IMG/VR virus record: IMGVR_UViG_3300030329_005540
Span: 21,676 to 85,675 of that record
Origin: a virus
Reading direction: 5' to 3' (one strand)
DNA length: 64,000 nucleotides
The stretch's first letter is position 1; each line of letters starts with the position of its first letter. Made by a program: the position numbers and the translations under genes. Positions 46,848-54,505 of the stretch are shown piece by piece. A model generated the notes under the pieces. That model had not been told where the DNA came from and ran no database searches. It saw only the letters and a list, made by a program, of their open reading frames with translations.

Positions 46848-47033
46848 ATGCAAAAAGAGCTTTCCAAAAAAATGAATAGTCTTAGGAAAATGATAGGAAA
46901 GAAAGTCCACGTTACTTGCGGTAGCGGTTGGGTCGGTTATGTCTCGGATGTCGTAGACGAGCATACTCTCAATGTCACCAAAGTTACTGGTAAAGTGGAA
47001 GAAGTAAGCATTTTCGACATTAGATCAGTTTAG
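46848..47033 (+). CDS. Small Sm/SH3-fold-like protein
   Basis: LRKMIGKKVHV...GYVSDV.D...L...VSIFDIRSV pattern. Confidence 0.45.
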   Translation: MQKELSKKMNSLRKMIGKKVHVTCGSGWVGYVSDVVDEHTLNVTKVTGKVEEVSIFDIRSV

Positions 47034-47035
47034 TC

Positions 47036-47064
47036 TTGACTCGGGTTAAAGCGTTTGATAGCAT
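47036..47064 (+). promoter_or_regulatory. Class 1 promoter TTGACT-cgggtTAAAGCgtttga-TAGCAT
   Basis: 17 bp spacer with fixed TAAAGC. Confidence 0.8.
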
Positions 47065-47081
47065 TGTTTCAAGGACAAGCT

Positions 47082-47936
47082 ATGAAACGATACATTATAT
47101 TCGCTCTGATTACGACAGCCGCAGCCTTTGCTCAAAACATTACCACAGAATACGATAAGTACATGTATCGTGGGCATGTTTGGGTTTGGTGGAATCAAGT
47201 TTCTGAAGGGACTGCAATTCCGTTGGCGGAGGATTCCGAACAAGAGAACGCGCATGCCGGTGGTGCTTCTGAATTGTTTGATTTCAGTGTTAATGAAATT
47301 CCACTTCCATATTTTTTCGACAAACTCTGGAAAAGAAATTGGAACGCTAGTCACAAGTCTAAGATTATCCCAATGATTGAACACTTCTCCCCATCTCGTT
47401 TAACTGACGAGTTAGGCAAGCCTACTACTATCTCCTTTTCAAAAACCGATTGGGGTTACGGTAAAATTGGTCATAATATGGAGTATCACTGGCTCAATAA
47501 AACCACAGATAAAAAACAGTATGTTGTATTAAACGGTGTGCCTAGAGAAGTCGTCGGAGTCCATGCTTTTTTAAAAAAAGTGAATGGAGATTGGAGTAAA
47601 AACAACATGATAACCGCCAAGCGGAGTAGCTGGGTCGTGAACATCGCTACTCTTAATTTGGCAAAGCCAATGCATTGCAGTTTAAATATTTGCAACCCAG
47701 CATTCAAATGCCCCGGACATGATATTTCTCCAGCCGCTAAGAATAAAATTCGTGCCGCGCAAAGCGTGGAAGAGGAAGAGCTTCTTAAGATGGGGTATAA
47801 AAATTTGATGGATAGTAGATTCGCCAAAGCGAAATCTCTGCGAGAAAGACATCTCGGAGAGTCAAAATGGTATCTGGAAAGAGCGTCTCAGGTGAGACAC
47901 CAAGACCCTATTATCAAAGTAGTTTCGAAAAAATAA
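47082..47936 (+). CDS. Secreted hypothetical protein
   Basis: Signal peptide MKRYIIFALITTAAAFA-Q; AAGGA Shine-Dalgarno. Confidence 0.65.
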   Translation: MKRYIIFALITTAAAFAQNITTEYDKYMYRGHVWVWWNQVSEGTAIPLAEDSEQENAHAGGASELFDFSVNEIPLPYFFDKLWKRNWNASHKSKIIPMIEHFSPSRLTDELGKPTTISFSKTDWGYGKIGHNMEYHWLNKTTDKKQYVVLNGVPREVVGVHAFLKKVNGDWSKNNMITAKRSSWVVNIATLNLAKPMHCSLNICNPAFKCPGHDISPAAKNKIRAAQSVEEEELLKMGYKNLMDSRFAKAKSLRERHLGESKWYLERASQVRHQDPIIKVVSKK

Positions 47937-47957
47937 CCAAAAAATTGGAATTTATCT

Positions 47958-47972
47958 TGGCATGATATATGC
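47958..47972 (+). promoter_or_regulatory. Sigma54-like -24/-12 promoter TGGCATGATATATGC
   Basis: GG-N10-GC spacing, 15 nt before the hsp20 ATG. Confidence 0.5.
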
Positions 47973-47987
47973 TTTTAATATGTAGTT

Positions 47988-48341
47988 ATGACTACATTAA
48001 GATTATACAACTCATTATTCAATGGCCTTTTTGATGACTATGATCGTTTTTATAGTTTTAGAAAAAGCCCAAACATCATGATCGAAAATAGAGAATTGGA
48101 AAATTCATATGAATACTACGTACCTCTAGCGGGGTTCAAGAAGGAAAGCATCAAAGCCACCGTGCAAAATAATGGAGCCCGTGTCATCGCTAAACAAGGA
48201 GACAAAAACGCAATGTTTTCGTTTGAACTGCCTAAAGACGTGGATTTAGCCTCTTTGAGCGCGAAGCATGAGAATGGTATGCTAACGGTCACAGCAGAAA
48301 AGAAAAAATCTGCAAAAAATATTGAATTAGATATCCGATAA
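47988..48341 (+). CDS. Small heat shock protein (Hsp20)
   Basis: PLAGFKKESI, FELPKDVD, AKHENGMLTV. Confidence 0.9.
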   Translation: MTTLRLYNSLFNGLFDDYDRFYSFRKSPNIMIENRELENSYEYYVPLAGFKKESIKATVQNNGARVIAKQGDKNAMFSFELPKDVDLASLSAKHENGMLTVTAEKKKSAKNIELDIR

Positions 48342-48356
48342 AGCATCTAATCAACA

Positions 48357-48543
48357 CGCTGATATGGCTCCTGCCCATGTCAGCGCGGCGAAGCACTCTT
48401 GATGAGTATAATTTTACTCGTTAACGCTGATCCGAGGGCATGTACTGAAATTAACCTTTAGTTCAGGCCCAGCGCCACGCTGGCGGCTGTGTTTTTGACC
48501 TTTTTGGGCATTGGCACAGAATTACCGCTGCGTGGCGTTTTTT
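48357..48543 (+). ncRNA. Unidentified structured RNA with four hairpins ending in a U-tract
   Basis: Stems 48357-67/48375-85, 48399-408/48415-24, 48436-39/48467-70 and 48472-80/48530-38; G:U wobbles favour the + strand. Confidence 0.55.
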
Positions 48544-48546
48544 ATT

Positions 48547-48552
48547 GTGTAA
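48547..48552 (+). promoter_or_regulatory. Class 2 motif GTGTAA
   Basis: 8 nt before the ATG at 48561. Confidence 0.7.
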
Positions 48553-48560
48553 TTATTTAC

Positions 48561-48689
48561 ATGCATAGAACTTTTTGGCAAAGAGTAAAACACTGGTTTT
48601 GTAAAGTCGGGCTATGTAATTTAGACAAATGTAAATGTCCTTGCCACAATGATAAATGTTGTGGAAACCCCAATTGCAGTTGCGCGTAA
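48561..48689 (+). CDS. Cys-rich metallothionein-like peptide (42 aa)
   Basis: MHRTFWQRVKHWFCKVGLCNLDKCKCPCHNDKCCGNPNCSCA; 9 Cys; start inferred from the class 2 motif. Confidence 0.55.
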   Translation: MHRTFWQRVKHWFCKVGLCNLDKCKCPCHNDKCCGNPNCSCA

Positions 48690-48698
48690 ATTATAGCT

Positions 48699-48887
48699 AT
48701 GCCTTTACCAAATAGAAATCCCAAGGAAGGGAAGCAAGATTTTGTTTCCCGCTGTATGAGCGACTCTAAAATGAATTCTGAATTTCCAGATTCAAAGCAG
48801 AGGTACGCCGTGTGTTTGAGTCAGTATTCCAAGGGCGAGGTTTTAGAGATAGACCTAACGGAGCATAAAGCTCCGCCAAATAAATAA
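48699..48887 (+). CDS. Small phage protein
   Basis: MPLP...E.KQDFVSRCM...EFPD.KQRYAVC, a motif seen in phage head-region proteins. Confidence 0.6.
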   Translation: MPLPNRNPKEGKQDFVSRCMSDSKMNSEFPDSKQRYAVCLSQYSKGEVLEIDLTEHKAPPNK

Positions 48888-48890
48888 TCT

Positions 48891-49355
48891 TTAAAAAATA
48901 ACTCTTCCGACAATTTCGTTTAGATCACATATACCGAAAACAGTTTCTTTTCTGTTATCTCCTGCGAAAAAGTAAGAGTTTTTTCTGATTGTAATCGGTT
49001 CCACGACTTCTCCAGCTAGCACCGAAGAGTAAGGGTCGCTTATTTTTTTTCCATTTATGTAGAAAAATCCTTCTCGGGTTTCTACTGTTTCATTAGGCAA
49101 GGCAATAATCCTTTTAAATAACAGTTCTTCATTTTGCAGGATTATAACTGCATCAAACCTCGCAAACGAGCAGTCTTTAGTTCGTATTTTATAAATAACG
49201 ATTTCTTTATCTTTATAGGTAGGCTCCATGCTACTGCCAGAGGTTTTAGAAAAGCGGTATTTAGAACCGAAAGTTAAAAATATAGCAGCAAGCAAAGCTA
49301 CAGCAACCCATAGAGCCCTGAGAACACTTTCTTTATTAAAGGAAAAAAATGACAT
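48891..49355 (-). CDS. lepB: Signal peptidase I (S26)
   Basis: TM helix, GSSMEPT, KRIIALP.ETV, GDNR. Confidence 0.88.
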   Translation of the reverse strand: MSFFSFNKESVLRALWVAVALLAAIFLTFGSKYRFSKTSGSSMEPTYKDKEIVIYKIRTKDCSFARFDAVIILQNEELLFKRIIALPNETVETREGFFYINGKKISDPYSSVLAGEVVEPITIRKNSYFFAGDNRKETVFGICDLNEIVGRVIF

Positions 49356-49603
49356 TATTCTTCTTCAATTATTTCATACGGGGTTCTTCTATCTAGTATA
49401 AATCCCTCGTTGTAAAGATACTCCATGATTGCTGCGACCTGCTTATCTTTGATACGAATATTAGTTTGATTAAAATAAGGGTTAAAGATGCTTACTTTGT
49501 CGCTTCTCCAAAACCTGCCAGCCTCGTTTCCTTGAACGCCACAAAAGGGGCCATAAGAAACAGACACGGGGTATTCTCCTATTATCATATGAGTAGTTCG
49601 CAT
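49355..49603 (-). CDS. Small hypothetical protein (YLYNEGF family, copy 1)
   Basis: IMEYLYNEGFI; preceded by GTGTAA (49613-49618). Confidence 0.6.
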   Translation of the reverse strand: MRTTHMIIGEYPVSVSYGPFCGVQGNEAGRFWRSDKVSIFNPYFNQTNIRIKDKQVAAIMEYLYNEGFILDRRTPYEIIEEE

Positions 49604-49631
49604 CTATTTCTATTACACTTGAAAAAAAACG

Positions 49632-49660
49632 TTGACTTATCCTAAAGACCCTGATAAATT
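49632..49660 (+). promoter_or_regulatory. Class 1 promoter TTGACT-tatccTAAAGAccctga-TAAATT
   Basis: 17 bp spacer with TAAAG at the fixed position. Confidence 0.7.
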
Positions 49661-49671
49661 AGGTTAAATAA

Positions 49672-50145
49672 ATGCAGAAAAAATATTTAGATGACCCTAA
49701 TTTTTGGAAAATAATGAACAAATTGATGGAAATAGAGCTAGTAACAGTAGCGGCGAGTGGGTATTTTGACCCATTGCATGTGGGGCATATCGAGTACTTA
49801 GAACAAGCAAAGTCCTTGGGGGATAAGCTGATAGTCATTGTAAATTCTGATGATCAAGCCAAATTAAAAAAAGGAAAATCTTTTATGAGGCAAGAAGACA
49901 GGCTTAAAATCGTTAGATCGTTGAAGTGCGTGGATGAAGCCTTTATTTCTATCGACACGGATTCTAGCGTGTGTCGGTCTTTGGAGCTATGCGTTCCGCA
50001 TATTTTTGCTAATGGTGGAGATCGTAAGGAAGAAGAAATACCGGAGGCTAAGATATGCAAACAGCTTAATATAAAAATAGTAGATGGGCTTGGAGATAAA
50101 ATCAGATCATCTTCCGAGTTAGTCGAGAAATCAAAAAATGAGTAA
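49672..50145 (+). CDS. Cytidylyltransferase-like nucleotidyltransferase
   Basis: SGYFDPLHVGH, VNSD, ANGGDR, KIRSSS. Confidence 0.88.
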   Translation: MQKKYLDDPNFWKIMNKLMEIELVTVAASGYFDPLHVGHIEYLEQAKSLGDKLIVIVNSDDQAKLKKGKSFMRQEDRLKIVRSLKCVDEAFISIDTDSSVCRSLELCVPHIFANGGDRKEEEIPEAKICKQLNIKIVDGLGDKIRSSSELVEKSKNE

Positions 50146-50848
50146 AGAGTATTATATGTTTGATGTTGACGGGACGTTGACTGCTCCGCGTCGTAAAATG
50201 TCCACCGATTTTCTTATGAAGTTTTTATCTTGGTCGCAAAATAAACATATCTTTTTAGTTGCTGGTAGCGATCTCGATAAAGTAAAAGATCAGTTGCCTC
50301 AAAGCGTATTATCTAGATGTGATGGAGTTTTTTGTTCAATGGCAAATGAGTTTTGGGTAAAAGGCGAATTAATTTACAAAAATAAATGGGAGCCTGACAT
50401 AGAATTGATAACTGCTCTAACAGATATAAGAACTTTGTCTAAATACGACAACAAGAAAGAGATTTGGCTTGAGATTAGAACGGGCATGGTTAACTTTTCC
50501 GTAGCGGGGAGAGATTCCAGCTTGGCGGAAAGGGAGCGATATAATACATGGGACAATAAGAATAAAGAAAGAGAAAATATTGTCAAAGAACTAAGCGAAA
50601 AATTTCATAATTTAGATTTTAGAATTGGCGGGCAAATTAGCATCGACATTTGCCCCAAAGGGAATAATAAATCTCAAGCGAGCCAGTGGGTTAGAAAAAA
50701 TCTTGGCAATCAAATAATTTTTCTAGGAGATAGCTGCCACGAAGGGGGTAATGACCGCGATATCTTTTTAGATGTACGTGAAAACGAAGGTGGCGTGGCT
50801 CACGAGGTAAAGTCTCCAGATGATACACTGGAGATTCTCGATGCTTAA
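50138..50848 (+). CDS. HAD-IIB phosphomannomutase (PMM-type)
   Basis: FDVDGTLTAPR, GSDLDKV.DQL, EIRTGMVN.S..GR, IGGQISID, GD...GGND. Confidence 0.88.
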   Translation: MSKEYYMFDVDGTLTAPRRKMSTDFLMKFLSWSQNKHIFLVAGSDLDKVKDQLPQSVLSRCDGVFCSMANEFWVKGELIYKNKWEPDIELITALTDIRTLSKYDNKKEIWLEIRTGMVNFSVAGRDSSLAERERYNTWDNKNKERENIVKELSEKFHNLDFRIGGQISIDICPKGNNKSQASQWVRKNLGNQIIFLGDSCHEGGNDRDIFLDVRENEGGVAHEVKSPDDTLEILDA

Positions 50849-50855
50849 AGAGTTG

Positions 50856-50944
50856 GGCGAAGTGGTGGAATTGGTAGACACCACGGACTTAAAATCCGTT
50901 GGCCTTCAAAAGCCGTGAGGGTTCGAGTCCCTCCTTCGCTACCA
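50856..50944 (+). tRNA. tRNA-Leu(UAA)
   Basis: Cloverleaf with long variable arm; anticodon loop CT TAA AA; GGTTCGAGTCC; encoded CCA. Confidence 0.95.
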
Positions 50945-50946
50945 AC

Positions 50947-51022
50947 GCGAGTGTAGCTCAATTGGTAGAGCATCTGCTTGCCATGCAGAAGGTTGTGGGT
51001 TCGATCCCCATCACTCGCTCCA
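50947..51022 (+). tRNA. tRNA-Gly(GCC)
   Basis: GCGAGTG/CACTCGC acceptor; loop TT GCC AT; encoded CCA. Confidence 0.95.
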
Positions 51023-51066
51023 ATTTTAATTTGTTTTTTTCTGTGTAATCTTCTAATATTTTTTAT

Positions 51067-51142
51067 GCGGACATAGCTCAGTTGGGAGAGCAATTGGTTT
51101 ACACCCAATAGGTCGTAGGTTCGAGCCCTGCTGTCCGTACCA
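51067..51142 (+). tRNA. tRNA-Val(UAC)
   Basis: GCGGACA/TGTCCGT acceptor; loop TT TAC AC; encoded CCA; GTGTAA motif at 51043-51048. Confidence 0.95.
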
Positions 51143-51150
51143 TTTAAAAG

Positions 51151-51501
51151 ATGAGTGCTAAAGTTGTAAATAAAGAATGGGGTTATGAGATTTGGCTTGC
51201 CAACAATCTTGATGAGAACTATTGCGGTAAAATCTTATACATAAAACCCGGCCACTCTAGCTCACTGCATTATCACGCGGAAAAACATGAGACTTTCTAT
51301 ATTTTAGAAGGTGGTTTAAGAGTGGAAACAATTAATACCGAAACAACAGAAAAAAATATGACCGTCTTAAAAGAAGGTGATACAATGGAAATTCCCAGAT
51401 TTCTCCCACACAGATTAATCCCCGCTGGACAAAAACCAGTTAAATTTGTAGAAATAAGCACTTTCCATAGAGATAGCGACTCTTATAGAATAGAAAAATG
51501 A
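51151..51501 (+). CDS. Cupin (mannose-6-P isomerase/sugar isomerase-like)
   Basis: KEWGYE, SLHYH..KHETFYIL.G, PH, EIST. Confidence 0.8.
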   Translation: MSAKVVNKEWGYEIWLANNLDENYCGKILYIKPGHSSSLHYHAEKHETFYILEGGLRVETINTETTEKNMTVLKEGDTMEIPRFLPHRLIPAGQKPVKFVEISTFHRDSDSYRIEK

Positions 51502-51554
51502 AATAAATTAGTTTTTTATATTGTCTATTTTTAAGATTTATTAAATACTTTATT

Positions 51555-52514
51555 ATGAAAACTATGATCCCCCTACTCCTTGGTTTCTTCATCGTTAGTA
51601 ATTCTTTCGCTGAAGATAAAGCGCGTCCCGTAGCAGAGCATCTACAAGATGTTTCCGTAACGATTAGAGCCGAGGGTAATTTCTCTGCGGGTGAAGGTTC
51701 CGGAGTAATTTTCACCCGAAAGGACAAAGATGGAAATTTAGTAAATCTAGTTTGGACTGCTGCCCATGTGATAGATAATTTAAGATCAACCAGAGAAGTT
51801 CTGGTAAATGGAACCAAGAAAACTATCGTAGAATTTAAAGACCCGATGATTGTTAAAGAGATTCGGCAAAACGGTAGAATCGTGGGCCGCTTACAAATGG
51901 ATGCAGAAGTTTTAAAGTATTCCGAAAGCGAAAACGGACATGACTTGGCCCTATTAAGAATTAGAAAATTAAATTTTGTTACGACTAGCGTGACGTTCTA
52001 TTTAGACAAAAAGATTCCCGCGCTAGGAACAGACCTTTTGCACGTTGGTTCACTGCTCGGCCAGATGGGCGCGAATAGCATGACTGACGGAATTTATTCC
52101 CAGCACGGCAGACTAATTAAGTCGCTAAACAAGCACGAATTCGATCAAACAACCTGCACAGCTTTCCCCGGATCGTCTGGAGGTGGTGTGTTTTTGAAGC
52201 ATGATGCCAAAGCTAAATACGTGGGAATGCTTGTTAGAGGTGCTGGAGAGGGCTTCAATCTTATCGTACCAGTTCGTAGAATGGTTGACTACTGCGAAAA
52301 GCATAAGATTATGTGGGCCTTGGATAAAAATGTGCCTATGCCCGCTGAAAAAGAATTAGAAGATTTACCGATTGAGCATGAGCCCAAGACGGATAAAGAA
52401 GAAAAAACAGATAAGGAAGAGAAGAGTATTATGGAAAAAGAATTTCCGTTTATGATTCGTAGATATAAACTCGCGCCAGTTACCGTGTCCGGTGAGAGGC
52501 TTCCTTTGAATTAA
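51555..52514 (+). CDS. Secreted trypsin-like serine protease
   Basis: Signal peptide; GSG, TAAHV, DLALL, PGSSGGG catalytic triad motifs. Confidence 0.88.
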   Translation: MKTMIPLLLGFFIVSNSFAEDKARPVAEHLQDVSVTIRAEGNFSAGEGSGVIFTRKDKDGNLVNLVWTAAHVIDNLRSTREVLVNGTKKTIVEFKDPMIVKEIRQNGRIVGRLQMDAEVLKYSESENGHDLALLRIRKLNFVTTSVTFYLDKKIPALGTDLLHVGSLLGQMGANSMTDGIYSQHGRLIKSLNKHEFDQTTCTAFPGSSGGGVFLKHDAKAKYVGMLVRGAGEGFNLIVPVRRMVDYCEKHKIMWALDKNVPMPAEKELEDLPIEHEPKTDKEEKTDKEEKSIMEKEFPFMIRRYKLAPVTVSGERLPLN

Positions 52515-52565
52515 AATTAATTAAAATTATTAACCACTCAATAACGGGATGTTGGGGGGTGGAGT

Positions 52566-52600
52566 AAACGCGGTGGATCGTAAGGTTCGCCGCGTTTTTT
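52566..52600 (+). terminator. Intrinsic terminator
   Basis: AAACGCGGTGGATC-GTAA-GGTTCGCCGCGTTTTTT. Confidence 0.8.
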
Positions 52601-52620
52601 AAGTGTAATAACAAATAGAA

Positions 52621-52830
52621 GTGAAAACGATAATAACAGTAAACGGCTTAGATGTTAAGGTTATTTCTAAGAAAGTCTTAGGAAATATCCTTGCGGAAAA
52701 GGTCGTAATTATAGATGAGTTTAATGATGTCGATACAATCGAAGCAGAGCTTATCGTCAAGTACCTCTATAACGAAGGCTTCTTGAAGAAAGAAGGAGTG
52801 TCTTTAGAGGTGGTCAAAGTGAAGTATTAA
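52621..52830 (+). CDS. Small hypothetical protein (YLYNEGF family, copy 2)
   Basis: IVKYLYNEGFL; preceded by GTGTAA (52603-52608). Confidence 0.6.
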   Translation: MKTIITVNGLDVKVISKKVLGNILAEKVVIIDEFNDVDTIEAELIVKYLYNEGFLKKEGVSLEVVKVKY

Positions 52831-52832
52831 GC

Positions 52833-52861
52833 TTGCCCTTTGTTAAAGCTTTTGTTATACT
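52833..52861 (+). promoter_or_regulatory. Class 1 promoter TTGCCC-tttgtTAAAGCttttgt-TATACT
   Basis: 17 bp spacer with fixed TAAAGC; drives the operon containing the ECF sigma factor. Confidence 0.75.
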
Positions 52862-52868
52862 ATTATGT

Positions 52869-53132
52869 ATGACAGCACAGCGTCTTCAAGAAAAGATTGA
52901 CCTAATCAATGCCTCAATCACCTTTTGGGAAGAGCAAGGTCAAAAAATTATAAACAAGATGGATAAGAATAATGATTATTCTGAGAGTAATCATCAACAG
53001 CTTTACTTATGCTTTCATAAAATAGAATTAGAAGAACAGCAATTGGATAAAGTCGAATCTGAATATAATTTATATTTGCAAAAACTCAAAAAAATTCGAC
53101 GAGGACACCACCAGAAGAGTTTTTTAATTTAA
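52869..53132 (+). CDS. Small coiled-coil protein
   Basis: ATG at 52869, 7 nt after the -10. Confidence 0.55.
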   Translation: MTAQRLQEKIDLINASITFWEEQGQKIINKMDKNNDYSESNHQQLYLCFHKIELEEQQLDKVESEYNLYLQKLKKIRRGHHQKSFLI

Positions 53133-53133
53133 T

Positions 53134-53292
53134 ATGACTGATAAGAAAAAATATTACGTTATAGTTTCTAGCGACAAAAAATATACCCACGGAGCCTTCG
53201 AGTATTCCCCAGAAGGCTTGCAAAAAGCAAAAGACTACATAAAAGTTATTTCAATTAGATCAGATGAAAAATTCAAAATCATCGAAAAATAA
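53134..53292 (+). CDS. 52 aa hypothetical protein (below ORF-track cutoff)
   Basis: MTDKKKYYVIVSSDKKYTHGAFEYSPEGLQKAKDYIK...; fills the gap in the operon. Confidence 0.55.
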   Translation: MTDKKKYYVIVSSDKKYTHGAFEYSPEGLQKAKDYIKVISIRSDEKFKIIEK

Positions 53293-53995
53293 AGAAGCCG
53301 AAGAAGCTAAAAAATTAGAGAAGGAACTAGTCAATCGTTGTAAACTAGGCGACCCTCTAGCCTTTGATCAATTAATGAAAATTAATGGAGCCAAAATAAA
53401 AGGTTGGTGCATGAAATATTGTGCAGAAAATCAGTCTCAGGTCGATGAGGTTTATCAATTGACCATGATTAAATGTTGGAATAAAATTTCTCAATTCAAA
53501 GGTACTTCAAGCTTTTTAACTTGGGCTAACGCCATAGCAAGAAATAATTTTTACGATATAAAACGCGCTGAAGCACGTCGCATTTTTCTTTCTATGGATG
53601 CTTCATACCCATCAGCCTACGCCACTGGCTTCCGCACCGACAGCGACATGAGCGGCAGCAGCAGCATCGGCGGCAACGCTGGCCTCGCGCTCTCTGCTAC
53701 CAATCAGCTTAAATATTGTGGATACGACGTAGAAGAGTCTTCTGTCGCGAATACCATAGATGACCCCCGTGGCGAAACCCTTGGAAAAGAAAGCAAGAAA
53801 ACAAATGAAGAAGCCGCCGAAAGGATTCTTAGTAAATTATCTGTAGACCACAGCAGAGTTTTGAGGATGTTCGAGTACGACGAATTAACTTATAGCCAGA
53901 TCGCTGAAAAGCTGGGAGTATCAGAAGGCACGGTGATGTCTAGGATATATTATGCCAGAAAGAACGGTAAAAAATATTTACCTATTAAGAAATAG
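53264..53995 (+). CDS. ECF-like sigma factor with anomalous linker insert
   Basis: GDPLAFDQL, FKGTSSFLTW..AIARN (region 2); LTYSQIAEKLGVSEGTVMSRIYYARK (region 4). Confidence 0.9.
   Translation: MKNSKSSKNKEAEEAKKLEKELVNRCKLGDPLAFDQLMKINGAKIKGWCMKYCAENQSQVDEVYQLTMIKCWNKISQFKGTSSFLTWANAIARNNFYDIKRAEARRIFLSMDASYPSAYATGFRTDSDMSGSSSIGGNAGLALSATNQLKYCGYDVEESSVANTIDDPRGETLGKESKKTNEEAAERILSKLSVDHSRVLRMFEYDELTYSQIAEKLGVSEGTVMSRIYYARKNGKKYLPIKK
53615..53692 (+). other. DGR variable-repeat-like segment
   Basis: 22 of 26 consecutive codons end in C; 60/90 G+C over 53611-53700. Confidence 0.45.
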
Positions 53996-54008
53996 TGTAA
54001 ATATAAGA

Positions 54009-54329
54009 GTGGATGACGACGACTTAATAGCAGAAATAACCAAGATAGTAAAAAATGCCGAGAAAAACGGCGCAAAAATTGCGGTTAGTGAGACACCTGA
54101 TAAATTTACTTATATTATCGCCACTAAAGACTTAAAAAAGGCGGTTATCATAGGAAAAGTAGATATTAATAAAATTGAAATAGTCGTTGGTTATATAATT
54201 GATTTAAATAAGTGGAAATGGGCCACAGCCGAAGGTTTTACCAGAGATCAAATAGTTGACGACATGAGCGGAGAAGTTTTTAAGCACGTAGATTTAAAAG
54301 ACATCCCGCAATATTTTTCATCATGCTAA
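54009..54329 (+). CDS. Hypothetical protein
   Basis: GTG at 54009 lies 8 nt after GTGTAA (53995-54000). Confidence 0.6.
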   Translation: MDDDDLIAEITKIVKNAEKNGAKIAVSETPDKFTYIIATKDLKKAVIIGKVDINKIEIVVGYIIDLNKWKWATAEGFTRDQIVDDMSGEVFKHVDLKDIPQYFSSC

Positions 54330-54505
54330 CAAACGAAAAACACGAATTGGCCCGCGAATTAGTTTCGCAGATGCTCGACAAAGCAGTTGAAGAGGATCGC
54401 TTGCACAAGATTAACGCTATTGAAAATCATAAAGCATCCCAAGCTATAGGAGATAGCTGGTGGGTACATCACCTAAAGGCTCTTGACCAACTACTCTCGC
54501 AATGA
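54323..54505 (+). CDS. Small hypothetical protein
   Basis: 60 aa coupled ORF. Confidence 0.55.
   Translation: MLTNEKHELARELVSQMLDKAVEEDRLHKINAIENHKASQAIGDSWWVHHLKALDQLLSQ

Noticed and set aside
48360-48400. HDV/theta-like ribozyme (CUCCUGC...GGCGAA)
   Set aside because: No upstream partner for P2; the segment folds as a plain hairpin.
48489-48560. 5' extension of the Cys-rich ORF
   Set aside because: It runs through the terminator hairpin; the ATG at 48561 fits the promoter motif.
50845-51108. 87 aa minus-strand ORF
   Set aside because: It is the antisense shadow of three tRNA genes.
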